A stretch of DNA of 64,000 nucleotides, taken from Heptranchias perlo (taxonomy: Eukaryota). Below the pieces are notes generated by a model. That model made no database searches. It saw only the letters and a list, made by a program, of their open reading frames with translations, and was not told where the DNA came from. Of the stretch, positions 39,068 through 52,002 are shown one piece after another. Within the stretch, counting starts at the first letter, position 1. Each line of letters starts with the position of its first letter. The stretch lies in assembly GCF_035084215.1 (NCBI RefSeq), contig NC_090340.1, positions 28,582,001-28,646,000 of the forward strand. The letters run 5' to 3'. Made by a program: the position numbers and the translations under genes.

Positions 39068-39455
39068 GTTTTTTAAAATTTGTTTTTGGGATGTGGGCAA
39101 GGCCACATTTATTGTCCATCCCCCACTTATCCTGAGAAGGTGATGGTGGGACATCTTCTTGAATGATTGTTTTCACAACTAAGTGGTTTGCTAGGCTACT
39201 TCAAATGGCATTAAGAGTCAACCATGCAGTGTGGGATTGCAGCCACGTATAGGCTGGAGTGGGTAAATATGGCTAATTCCCTTCCCTGTAGAACATTAAT
39301 GAACTAATTGGGTTTTTACAACAATCCAGCAGCTTTCATGGTAATTTTTATTTTTGGTGCTAGCGACAAATTACTAGATTTATTGAATTCAGTTGCCAAT
39401 TTGTCATGGTGGGATTTGAACTCAAGTCCTCTGTGTCGTTAGTCCAGTACCTACT
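39068..39455 (-). mobile_element. HE1-like V-SINE with a 3' tail shared with the HER1-like LINE
   Basis: B box gagttcaaatccc, V-domain-like gattgttgtaaaaacccaattagttcattaatg, and a tail aligning to 13373-13477. Confidence 0.8.
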
Positions 39456-42400
39456 GTAAGTGGGCATGCTTTGTGATCAGGGTACCTCCTCTCCCAGAAA
39501 TAGAATAAGGACTTTGAAAGGACGCTATGATCGTTCACATCTTAAAATGGAACCCTAAGTGCTCCAAAGTGATAAATGATTGCCATCTGAGGGTTTTGTT
39601 ACCAGTTAATATTGAAAAGTGGAATATTTGGCAATGCAATAAGTTACAGTGAGTCTCTCGGTTAGTGCCAACAATCAGCAATAAACCTGATATGTCAGAG
39701 TTGACTGTAGCAAATTAATTTGTGCCTAAGGAAACTTTCACATCTTGCTGTTGCTGAAGTTGGTCAAGTGCCAAATTGTTTTATCACCTTTGAGCTTCCT
39801 TGGCACAGAAAACTGCTTTGCAAAAGGAAGACTTGTTACATCCTTCCCCTCACTATTCTTTCACAAAGCGTTAACATTTGAACATTGAAACGAAGAAGAA
39901 TCAGGCATTGATAAATGCATGTAGGCTTCTGAGGCATCAAGAGCAAACATTACTGTATTTAATTCTGCCCTTTTTTTCCCAGCTATCACTTACAACAGTG
40001 TATTCTACTCTCCTGAATTGATAATGTTTGGCTAAACGATTCTGTCTGACATTAGATTTCATTAAGTGTAAATTATACTCCAAGGCCTGAGGCTTTGAAG
40101 TGGCATTTGAAGCTATCATTGGGGATGTTTTTCTTTCTACCTGTCTACTGGCCAGTAGCCCAGAAGTTTTAACTAATGGAGAGCTGGCATTCATGTTGTA
40201 ATACAAATGTGAGGTCTGTGCAGCTTTTTTCTCCTTTGTGACAGTCATTAAATTTAAATGGAGATAGGAAATTGATCTGTATTTAAGGGGGTTAAAGACC
40301 CTTAGCTAACTTAGGATCTTTATGACCTGCTCATTATAGTTATTATATGCTAACAGAAGCACTAATGAGGAGCTCTAAAACTGTCTGTACATGGCGTCCA
40401 TCATTTTAGCCAAGAAAGCGGAAGGAGCGGTCTAGATGAGCAAAAATAGGGGAGAAGCTAATAATTAGTTGGGGCAAAATATTTGGTACTTTTCAAACAA
40501 TTTTCCTTTGGTCAATTTTTCAAAATTGTTACTTGTATTCAGTTATGTCTTTAGTCTTTTAAAAAATTGCCTTTGGATGATGCAGTGGTGCCTGATGTAA
40601 AAGAGTTACCCTGCTCTGTTGAGGTTATGGGTTTGTGACCCAATGGTGTCAAAGACTTGAACTCAGCTTCCTCGTGTGCAGTGAGTTACATTAATTCTCA
40701 GGAAACACTGACAAACTCTTCATCTCATTCTAAAAGTGTGTGTATTTTGCTGGTTGTCTTACATCAACAAAGAACACGTTTCGTTCATCTTATCATTCGA
40801 AGTGTTAGGTTTAAAGTCTGAATATTTCCGAAAGCTTTAGTGAAGGAATGGAAAAATGATAACTAGGAGGCATTTTTTCCACTCGTTGACTATGAGTGGG
40901 TGAGAAATTTACCCCAAAATGCAAGTCTTACCTTAATGAATAACTGACTTCATTCTCTAATGCGGACACTGGCCCATTCTTTCCTCATTTCCCAATCATG
41001 CCACTTCTTTGACATTATGATAAACATTGTTCTACGTATTTGTAAAGATGGCGTGTAACATTTAAATTTTCCTAATAAACTTAAACACTAGGTGAACGTT
41101 GGAAGATATTCTATAACATACTATTATGATGCAATGGCAAAAATAGGCTAAAGCTGGCTTATTTGAATAGACAATATTTTGCTGAGATATCATTCTGTGT
41201 TGGTTGCTTTTAAAAGTCACATATTAAGGTAGATTTTTATAATTATAGTAATCCAATTGAGTTCAATGATCTAAATTTAAATCGGTATTTTAAATGAGAA
41301 TTCTGATATTTTGGGTATTGCACTAAATCAAATTACTCCTTATTTAGCTAAATCTTATGTTATAAAATGAATAGTTTGTTTCCAGCACATGTTCCAGACC
41401 TCCTCACATTCAGATTCAAGGAATCTGAACCTTTCTAAGTATTTTCATTTTTAATCAAAAATTCAGAGTCATTTAGCAACAAATAACAAATCAACACAAC
41501 TGGTTGCAAAGGTACCTGCATCACCTTTCTCAAGAGATGTTTCCACATAAAAATACAGTTGAAAAATTCCATGTCTAATAAACTGTGTCCATCAAAGAAA
41601 CCCTTTTCCTTCCTAGAAAACAACTGACTTCTGAAGATTTCACTAAAAAAATGTCATTCATAATGCTTTATTTCTCCGGTTTTATTAACCTAGAGGGAAT
41701 CAGATGGTGGTTATGAGCTAATTTCTTTGTTGATGACAAATGGTGCTGTATTTTGCCTGTTTAAATTTCTTTAGCCTTTCTGACTTGGGTTACAGAGGCG
41801 TGTCATCTCCGATTACAGCATAGCCATCAATCTTAGATAGTTCAAATGATTCTCCATTATCTGGCACAACATCAGCCCATAGAGGAGACCTCTGGAGGTT
41901 GATTGAATGTGTCTGCTTTTTATTATTTATCAAGATATTTGCAAACTCTCTTGCTGTCGTTGATGTATCACAACTGTCACATAGTAACATAAAACTGAAA
42001 CATAAACATAACAAAAGCATTGAAAGCAATACATTTCTATTTTAAGCAGCTTTTTGACATTAATTTTATATGCATGGTTCTGAATCTTAGCTGTAAGTGA
42101 CTAGCGTATGCAGATGTAAGTAAATCAGGATGCCGGCCTAATTGCAGGAGGTTTGGAGGAGTGTTACAATGAACCAGAACCAAACTAAAGAGATTCTCTC
42201 ATCAAGTGCTAGGCTGCATGGCAGCTAGATTTATAGCTAAGAATTCATCTTGTAGAATATTAATGGTGAAACTAATTGGTGAGATCTAGTCTTATACAGA
42301 GCAGAGCAAATGAGTAAACAATCCTTAAGACATCAGACTGGGGCTGCACTGGGAAGTGTGATCATGTGTCACTGTTGAGATTGATGGAAAGATGGCCTCA

Positions 42401-43811
42401 TCTGTTACCTGTTGCAGAGCAGATCGCCATAAAAGGGATGGACCAGCTCAAATGAACTGCAATTAGTAAACTGATATTATGTTACAGCTTGATGCTCATG
42501 TAGCTTTTCAAAAGACACAGTGCAAAATTAGGATTTCTGACTCAGGAGCACATGATCAGTGCGGTCACTGCAGAGCTGTTATTGTGCAAGTAACAGACAG
42601 TCAAACTGTTTGGGTGGAGTTTAGCCACTGCAATCCAATCATTAAGTTCCAGTTTATACTGGTTTAGAAAGAAGTGCTACTTGGGTCCATCGAACAAGAC
42701 TATTTTAACCAAAAGATTGCTATTTAGCTAAGAGCATTTGGTGAAGGCAGAGAGTTCAACTGAGCGTAAAGTTTGTTTTAAGCAATAACATGTACACTTA
42801 TCATTGCCAACCACATGACATTACTATGTACAAGCACCACAAAAATATATGTTGAACCACTTTAAGTCATTTGTGTTAATAACTATTGGGTCCAAGTGAG
42901 TGGAAAAAAGATTTTTAGATCCGATGTTCAGGATGAGGTACTGTAGCTAAATCAGGAATGACTCTCTTTGAGTGATATTTTTCTTTTCCATCAAAGCTGG
43001 TTAGAAATGACTTATATTTTCCTTTGCAGTTCTTTATTATGCATCAGGACAAACAAAAAAAAACATATGTTTCATATTTTTTAGCTATTTTGTATAAATG
43101 TCGGATTGATGTATGGTATAAATTTAAAGTTGCTTTCAAAATATTTCATGTCATAAAACCAATAGAGGGTAGAAAGCATGTAAGTATTTAATCTGAGAAT
43201 CCACAATTGTAAGGAAACCGTATTCCTTATGTCAAGTCTGCAGAAGTTGGTTTGTAATCCATGCTTCCACCACACTGCTTTTTAACCAAAAACCAGTTAT
43301 TTGAATTGGAAGGTTTTCAGATGTGGGCAAACAGTTAAACCTATCCACAGTCAGACATTTCTTTTTACATGTCTCATCTTAATAGTACTTTACAAAAAAG
43401 AATCATCCACTTAAAGAATGATGGAGTTAGAGAATGGAATGTATTCCTATTTTACACCAACACAACAGTATTGAGTACTACCAGGTCTGATACAACATGA
43501 ATAAGTGCACTGCTCTACATTGTCCTGCCAATGTAATTAAAACCCTAACTTCAGAAGGGTAAACCTCCATGCATTAGCAAAGCATCTAGTTTCCACAGAT
43601 TCTCCTCATGGTGCAATTGTTACATTCATGCCTGCCTGCTCAGTTTTAGGGGAATGGTGTGCTTTGGATTCAAGTCCACAGGAATGTGAATAAATTCTGT
43701 TTGATCCAAGCTCAGTTCACTTAGGACCCTCAGCAGGTGCCAGACAAAAGAATTGCATCATATTTCAATGGGCTGGAGTCGTACTGAAGTCATAAAAATG
43801 AAAAAGACAAA

Positions 43812-45522
43812 GGGCGCTAAATTGGGCCATGTAGCGCCCGTTGTTTCGGTGCTACGCAGCCTCTCGAGGTGCCAAGATGGTGTCTTGGATGCGCATGTAC
43901 ATTTCCAGCATGACGTGTGCCGGATGATATCTTGGTATAGGAGTAGCGTATGCGCGAATACCGAACACCGGCTGCATGTACAGTAAGGAGAAAATGGATA
44001 CAATCAGTGTGCAACGCTGATTTAAAGTGATAGATACCATTTTGGCACTTAACGCTCAACTCAACGAACAGTCTTAACCCCGACCATCTGAACGTGTCTT
44101 AGAGTGCTTGGAGGACCCCCCAATAGTGCTGTTTAAAGAGACTATGCAAGATTTACAGGTTAGTGGCTGGATTATTGCTTCTGGCTGCCGAGACATTTGT
44201 AACTGTTTTTGGAGGTCTCCTAGACTTGAATACTACAATGCAGGGACATAGCATAACATTTAGAGCCAGGATGTGCAGGAGTGAATTTGGGAAATGCTTC
44301 TACACGCAAAGGGTGGGAGAAGTTTGGAACGCTCATCTGCAAACAGCAGTTGGTGCTAGCTCAATTGTGAATTTTAAATCTGAGATTGATAGATTTCTGT
44401 GAACCAAGGGTATTAAGGGATTATGGGGCTAAGGCAGGTATGTGGAGTTAGGCCACAGGTCCGCCATGATCTCATTGAATGGCGGAACAGGCTCGAGGGG
44501 CTAAATGTTACAGTCACTTGCTGCCTCCTGATATGTGCCACCTTCTCCTGCAAGGAAACGGGACGTATGTCTGGGTGATGTGCCTGTCATGGTTGAAAAG
44601 CTGCCAGTGTGTGTGGCCTGTGAGTTGTGGGCGGTCAGCTTGCAACAGTGGTAATGTATAAGGGTGAGAGGAAGCATCTGATTGGAAGAGTTGATTACTG
44701 ATAGAAAGAGTTTGTTGGTATGTGGGTGATGGGGGTGTGGTGCATGGAGCAGTGGATGTGGCTACTGGTGCAGTTAGTAGAAGACACCGCTTGACAGTTG
44801 ACCTCACTCACCTTGACCACTTGTGTAAAAGCATTGAACTTCTTCCTGCACTGCATCCATGTTCATGGTGCTTTGCATCTGGCATTGACTTTGTCCTCTA
44901 CTGCCTCCCACTGCCTTTTGGGCATATGTCTGGAGGGCCTCTTGCCCCCCCCCCACACTTCCCCCACCTCGCGGATATAGGATGTCCCTCCTTCTGTCCA
45001 CCTCTTGCACCAAGGCCTCTAGTGCATCATCAGAGAACCTTGGTGCACATACTCTCACAGGCCTGGTACAAACCCAAATTGGCAGATTGGTGAGGTCTGG
45101 TATGCAGATTGGAGGATGTGGGATTTAGTAGTGCGCAACCTTTATTAAATGTTTTAACATAACACGTCAGTGTGTAAACATAGGGACAGGACCTGCATCT
45201 GTGTTTTACGTGTGTGATATCTGATCTCCATTCAGACTCCGTGCAAACAGCAAACTTGTACTTTTAGCAAATAACAGGTACCGTCTACCTTTAAGAGATT
45301 TTAAGAGACATCCTCCCTTTAAGAGATTGGAGCTCCCCCTGCTGCTGGAAAGTGCGAATTGCACTGAATCAACGTGCAAGGCCTGGATTTGAATGCAGCT
45401 TGCAAGTGATTACTGAGGCAGTACGAAATTCTCATCCTGCCTGCGCAGGGGCCATTGGGCACGGGTTAATAGAGGATCATGCTACCTATGCCCAATAATA
45501 GGCCCTATCAAATTTTTCCCCC
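43812..45522. mobile_element. Internally deleted Harbinger family 1 copy
   Basis: Ends match 21988 and 17571 in inverted orientation. TSD aaa. A frameshifted Myb-like exon (APRFSDDALEALVQEVDRRRDILYP) lies on the minus strand at ~44812-45058. Confidence 0.88.
44243..44508 (+). mobile_element. CR1 3' fragment inside the Harbinger derivative
   Basis: GHSITFRARMCRSEFGKCFYTQRVGEVWNA followed by ccatgatctcattgaatggcggaacaggctcgagggg, as at 13638-13675. Confidence 0.85.
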
Positions 45523-45574
45523 AAACTCTTTACTCATTTGTGCCAACTGAATCTGGAAATGACACTGTGCAATA

Positions 45575-45797
45575 GAAAAGAAAGAAAGAACTTGCATTTA
45601 TAGAACACTTTTCACACGCTCAGGACAGCCCAATGCGCTTTACAGCCAATGAAGTACTGATTGAAGTGTAGGCACTGTAGTAATGTAGGAAACGTGGCAG
45701 TCAATTTGTATACAGCAAAGTCCCACGAACAGCAATGTGATAATGACCCGATAATCTGATTTTAAGTGTTGGTTGAGGGATAAATATTGGCCAAGTC
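45575..45797 (-). mobile_element. Deu-domain SINE 3' half
   Basis: Minus strand ggccaatatttatccctcaaccaac...attggctgtaaagcgcattgg...taaatgcaag with a (ttct)n tail. Confidence 0.8.
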
Positions 45798-46149
45798 AGT
45801 GTTATCGTATGAATGCTTTACGAGTTTGTGTCAAATCCCTCTATCCAATATCTTAATGAAAGCATTAATCTACTTAATGTAAAAGTGTTAACACCTTCAT
45901 TAAAGTAGTGAACAGAGAAATTGATATGAATTTATACGATAATATTGTACACTGTAATTTTCAGGCTTTAATATTTAACTAGGTTTAAAATAAGTCATAA
46001 GAAAGAAAAAGTTGCATGACCAAACATCAAAGATGTTTTATTATTATCCTTAAACATGTATTGCAATTTTCCAGATTACTTTTTACAATAAATCATATTT
46101 TTTCTCAATAGCTAAAGCACTGAAATCATTTTAGTTTTGATCATTTTGA

Positions 46150-46937
46150 ACTCTGCAACACACAATACTTATTCACAATTTTCTTTTTCATACTTTTCAA
46201 CCAAACTTTTGGACCCGCCAGTGACTTTTAAATATTGAATATTTGTACAATGCAGGGAGATTAAACTGCCACTCTATAGGCATATTGAAATGTTAATAAA
46301 TTGCACTATACAGAGCCTTTCCGGAGGCAAGTCCATAAAAGTCATATTTTTATGGACTTTAAACCAACCAAATGAAACTTTTATTAAAATTCTGGAACGC
46401 TCTGGCTCCCTCCTTTACTACATCTCTCCCCACCTTCAAAGGCCATTTTAAGCCATCAATACCAGCCACCTTGTTTAATTTTCCCTCCTGCTCCTGCTCA
46501 GGTCTATCTCCCAACTGTGAAGCACCTTGGGATGTTTTGCTACTTTAGAGGTGCTGTATCAATGTACATTGTGCACTGGATATATATTAGCTTTATCTTA
46601 AAATTCACTTGATATATAGAATATTTTGCAGTCTTGAGGAAAATATAGTTTACAATGGCAATTTCTGAGCCGAGATTTAAAAGAATTTAAGTGCATTTTC
46701 CCCGTGTTCATAGCTGAATAACAACTGCTTCTAACATTCCGGGGAGACCAAGCTTTCTTCCGGAAAGGCTTTGTTTGGTGCATTTTATTAACATTTCATT
46801 ATGCCTAAAGAGTGGCATTTTAATTTCCCTGCAATGTACAAATATTCACTATTTAAAAGTCACTGGCACGTCCAAGAGTTTAGTTGAGAAGTATGAAACA
46901 GGAAATTGTGAATAAGTATTGTGTGTTGCAGTAGAGT
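46150..46937. repeat. Long imperfect inverted repeat, ~175-bp arms (46153-46328 and 46757-46931)
   Basis: ctgcaacacacaatacttattcacaatt is mirrored by aattgtgaataagtattgtgtgttgcag, and complementarity continues inward to gcctttccgga/tccggaaaggc. Confidence 0.9.
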
Positions 46938-47224
46938 AATTTTCTTTTGTGCAACTGAATGCACTGTTCCTCCGTTAAAGCTCCTTTTAAAAGATAATGA
47001 GCAGGATTTTACGCTGTTGCCGATTGTTAATTAATCAGCGGAATATTAAAGTGACAAAGCTCGCCACCATAGTTTCTGCCTTTCTCTTTCAAAGCCCTTT
47101 AGAAACGACTGCTCCGTGACAAATATTCTGCCATTTTCTGAACGTTTAAATATGTCTTATTTTTGAAATGTAAATTTGTTAGAGCATTCACTCGTTATGT
47201 CGATTCACGAATCAATAATATTTG

Positions 47225-47424
47225 TAAGGAATCTTACAACACCAGGTTATAGTCCAACAATTTTATTTTAAAATCACAAGCTTTCGGAGATTATCCCCTT
47301 CGTCACCTGACGAAGGGGATAATCTCCGAAAGCTTGTGATTTTAAAATAAAATTGTTGGACTATAACCTGGTGTTGTAAGATTCCTTACATTTGTCCACC
47401 CCAGTCCATCACCGGCATCTCCAC
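47225..47424. mobile_element. Penelope-derived 200-bp palindromic mini-insertion
   Basis: Perfect 83-bp inverted arms at 47223-47305 and 47308-47390 with a 2-nt loop and a ~34-bp unpaired extension. 14-bp TSD atcaataatatttg at 47211-47224 and 47425-47438. Confidence 0.93.
47303..47339 (+). ncRNA. Minimal type I hammerhead ribozyme motif
   Basis: Reads UCAC-CUGACGA-A-GGGGA(UAA)UCUCC-GAAA-GC-UU-GUGA. Predicted cleavage after 47335. Confidence 0.78.
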
Positions 47425-50400
47425 ATCAATAATATTTGGACTACGTTAATACTAATAGAATGAAAACAGCTGAAAGGGATAAAAGAAATTTATAATTTGC
47501 AAGGTTGAAATCATAGAATTTGAAATGTTAATCGTATAGATATTTTTAAAAGTGAGACCAATGAATGATGCATCTGCTTTTTTTGGTATGAAGGCTGTAC
47601 ATGTGTTTCATAAACATTGTAAGATCACTGTTGTGTGTAAAAGGCACATCATAATATTAAAATAAGCCATGGGGATTACAGGAGAGTTGTAATCTACCAA
47701 GGAAACCGGATGAAGAGGAGAACAGGTGTCGCCGAATGTTTTAGGTGCTTTGTTTATATTTGTTACATTTCTAGTAGTTCCTCGGGGAACACAGCTATTA
47801 TTTTACAGAATAAATGAGTGTTCATCATCTTATTGCGATATTTACTCAAAATCCTCACCGGAAATATGCTTATTTTCACTCTGCTTTTGATCTTCTAAAT
47901 CAATGGAGTCAGAGATGGAACAGTCATAATAAAAATTAGTTTAGGATCCACATGAAGAATTGTAACCCACTCCATGAATGATGTTTCAATTACAAAATCC
48001 TTTAAAGCTTAGATCTCCTGTACGCAACATTCTTGTTAATTACCCAGGGAATATTTTTCCTTTAATATAATTTGATCCATTGAATAATCTCTGAATACAT
48101 TCTATACTCAGAGGTTTACACTGCTGGTGGCATCACTCATCCTGTGCACAACTCGCATTAAAGGGTAAAATCATATCTAAGAGTACACTAAGCTCGCTTC
48201 TACTTCAAATCTATCTCACTGAGTATTTCTTGTGTTCAGTTTTTCAATTCAGGAGTTCTACGTTCATGTTTGTGATCCCAAATGTGGGGAAATTTGGACC
48301 CTTTACGTAAGAGATCTCAAATTCACAATGTAGCAGGCAGATAATGAACTAAAAAACATCAACAAATGGCATTTGGAGCAGACTGCGGGGTATTTCTGTT
48401 AACATTCCTCCATTGTCTGCGTCACCATGTGGCATCCCATGTACCCAAGACCAAGACAATGGGGTAGCTTTTTCAATTGACCCTGTCAGCTAGCACGTTG
48501 ACCTTAACTGATTTGGTGAGGTCAGCTTTATTTGGATAGTGTGGGTGAGCTCCCGGCCCATATTGGGCCCGGCATTGGAAGTTTACCAGAGGGGGCCAAG
48601 TGACAGAGTGATGCAGCACTCTAACCCTTGTTTGATGACTGGAGAAATGGAGGTGCTGCCAAATACGATGGAAGTGAGAGATGACTCTGCTTTCCATTCC
48701 AGGGTACCACTGCCATTGGACAGCATTGCAGCATGTCTGGAAAGAGGCAGAGAATGAGAGGCACACCCCAGCAGCCCTGGGCATCTATGTTACATGGACG
48801 GGTAGATGAATGAGCGCTGTACTGGTGTAAGTAGTGGAAAATTACATTGTTGTCTAAGTAATGGCCTAATTTTAATATAATTAACTGCAAACTGGCAGCA
48901 GCACAAAATTTAACCAAAAACTTGGATGGGACACTAAATGGCAGAAATCTAGCTTAATGGATGTTTAACAATTTTTCCGATCAGTAGTACCCAATTTTTA
49001 ACCACCAATTAGACATATCCAATTGAAAGATCTATTCCATGACTCTAAAAAAGGTGGATTGTGGTATTTTCTATTTTGTAACTCTATTCAGATACGAACA
49101 TTGACTGGAAATGATGGCAGAAGATTAAGAATCCTCAAGACAGATCAGTTTGGCTTGTCATTGTCAGAAACTTTGGTGTCCACAAGCATGCATCTTCCCT
49201 TTGATAGAATATTTGTAGCTAGTATGCAAAAAAAAACATCCTTTGCTCCTGGACACAGTTTAATCTAAAGCCATAGAGATGATTGACCTTGATGAAGACA
49301 GGCCAGTCAATGCAAGAGTTCAACCTTTCCAACGTCAGTGATGTGACCAAAATGTGATGAAAGTAACAACACAACAGTCAGTAGTACTTAAACCAGACCA
49401 GAAGCACGCAAACATCATCCTATTATTTGGTATCAACCTAATGGCAGCGGCTGTGCTTCACACACCCATTTCTACTGCACGCAATCTCCCTGAAGGTCTG
49501 CAACACTGCCTCTTGTATGTAAAATGTTTTAAGCACAAAGTTAACAATCACTCCAAGGTAGCCAAACCATTATATTGGTTTGTGAAAAGCTGCTTGTGTA
49601 TTGATACCTGAACAAAATTCTTTCAAGTGTTTCTGTGCTCTCAGCAACCACCAGGGCTGGTTTGTGATCTGTCCTTTTATAGTTATTTCCAGCTGCATTC
49701 TGTTACGCCACCTAACGTATAAAACTAAATCACTTGATCAAACAAGAGTGATTTTCTTCACATGTGATGCACTATGGCCTTGTATGTGTGTAAAATTTAT
49801 TTACCAAAACTTGAATGTTCAGAATGAGCATAAAGTAAATCCTAGTACTCAGAACAGAACTGAGTTCCGTAATGGAGCTCTTTTATTTATAAATATACTG
49901 GAATGAACTTGCGTGGGCAACGACTGGTGAAACTTGACCAATGAAAGAAGGTGAATTTGAATGTCAGTTAAGACTTTGAACTTTGGTTCTCTAGCTGAGT
50001 CTTGCACTTTACCACTTGAAGTAGCAGACCATAAATTGTCCTACTATCCATCCATAACCACATCACTGGCATTGACCTTATTAAAATCTTGTGTTCTTCC
50101 TTGCTCTGATATTGTGCTGTTCATTGATTGAATACAGTGCCAAAGTGGATAAGGGTCATACTTGAGATGGCAGGTCCAAAGTTGTGAAACCTGTCGACAG
50201 GACATGAGCAGCGATGCCTCTGGCAAATGTTTTCAAGGCAGAGCTGTTTGGAATGCCTCAGGTTTTAATAAGCACAGATATGTCTGAAAACTATGTGAAT
50301 TACATTGGATGTGACAAGCTTGCCTCCTTGCTTTGATTAATTGGCATCATGTCACTTTTCTGCACCTGGCTACAATTTGCATGCATTCTTTATTTTGCCT

Positions 50401-52002
50401 GTTTACATATTCTCAGACCATCCCAGTGCCTCATTAAGGCAAAGGTTATAACCAAAGAACATGTGTTTTTTAAAATGACTGGAGCAAAAGAAAAACTGAT
50501 AGGACAACCAACATCATGACAGAAAATAATGGAAATGAGTAAACTACAAATACATTCTGTATTTTTGCAATGTATTTGTATAATACAGCCTTGAGCAAAT
50601 GTCTAATTATTTGGTGCCTTTGAAACATGCTTTTAAAAATTAACATTCATGTCTGTTGATAAAACAATCCCTCAATTTTGCAGTGTTTCTGTTTACCAAG
50701 TATACACAAATATATTTTGATAGATTTTGAATAATTTGCATCAGCGTTTTTTATTGTAGCGCTACAGTAAACACAAACCATGCAAAATATCACTTCTGCT
50801 GGATTTCCTGAAACATATAGAGGCTTAGAATTAAAAGGTTTACAATGAATTTCTGTACAGTCAAACCAATTATTCAAAAGAATCTCATTCAATCATTGTC
50901 TTATTTTAAACTTTAAGTGATTGGCCCACATATATTCTGAGTGCATAAGTATTCGTGTGCATACATATCAACACACTGTACACAACACAATCTTATTTTT
51001 ATAAAAGGGAGAACATTATGTGCGTTGAATTTTGAGATGCGTTAGTTTCTGTCTTGAAAGCTTTTGGTCTAACAAATAGTTATGAAAAACCACACAGCAC
51101 ATATGACAGACTTAATGACAGCAAAAAACAAACACAGTTAAAACATCAATAAAATGCATCTTTATGGAACAAGGAAGGGTAATGTTAATTCACCTGAGAC
51201 TCTTTACAGAACTTAGTTATAAATTCATATTAAACTTTTCTTCTCCACTGCAAGTTATTTTCATTGTTGAATTTATCTCTTTCAATATCTTCCTCACTGC
51301 CACCTTGGAAAGCAAACTCATCTTTTCCACAAAAGCCCTTCAGTAAAATTATCCAACAGCTTCAAGGACAGGGAGACTTAAATCTTCTACTCACACATAA
51401 TCTGACGACCCTCATTGCTGCTTTCTCATAAGGACTGAGTGCTAAGTGTGAACAGCAGGACTCGACTCAAGGCTCGATGTAATATTCAACCACAGTAGCT
51501 AAACTGAATCTACACAGTAGCTAAAGAGATAGCATAAATTCCTCAAAGCTTTAACTCAATTCCTGTATGCTAAAGAGGTTAGCATGGAAAGCTTTAAGGA
51601 AACTGACCTGGAACAAAGTGCTACAGTTAGAAGTCAACTGTTCTACTGTCTAATAAGAATAATCTTAAATACCATTTAAAGATTAGCATAACTAAAGTAC
51701 TAAGATGTAAGACAAGCATATCCCAGCAGTTCAGTTTAAGCTGTCAGCTTTGCAGAAAAATAATGTTGCAACAAGAATTGACATGAGAAGCTAATTGAGA
51801 TGGAAAGTCATTAATATGTTCTTTTATATTAAAAAAATGATGATGGGTTAAGGTCCATAATGCAGGACACCATCAAGATTTAAAAGGGTAAAAGAGAAGA
51901 CAAGAAATTGAAGTAGTGATGGGATGATACCAAGTTTAGGTTTTAAAAACCTGAAGATTATAGGAGGAAGGAAAGAATAAGAGAGGTAAGGAATTCATTG
52001 AC

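Noticed and set aside
39405-39455. tRNA gene
   Set aside because: The B box belongs to a SINE head and no cloverleaf could be formed.
47223-47390. miRNA precursor, CRISPR repeat or terminator
   Set aside because: The arms are perfectly complementary, match the Penelope 3' end at 19352-19475 and are flanked by a TSD. There is no repeat-spacer array anywhere in the window.
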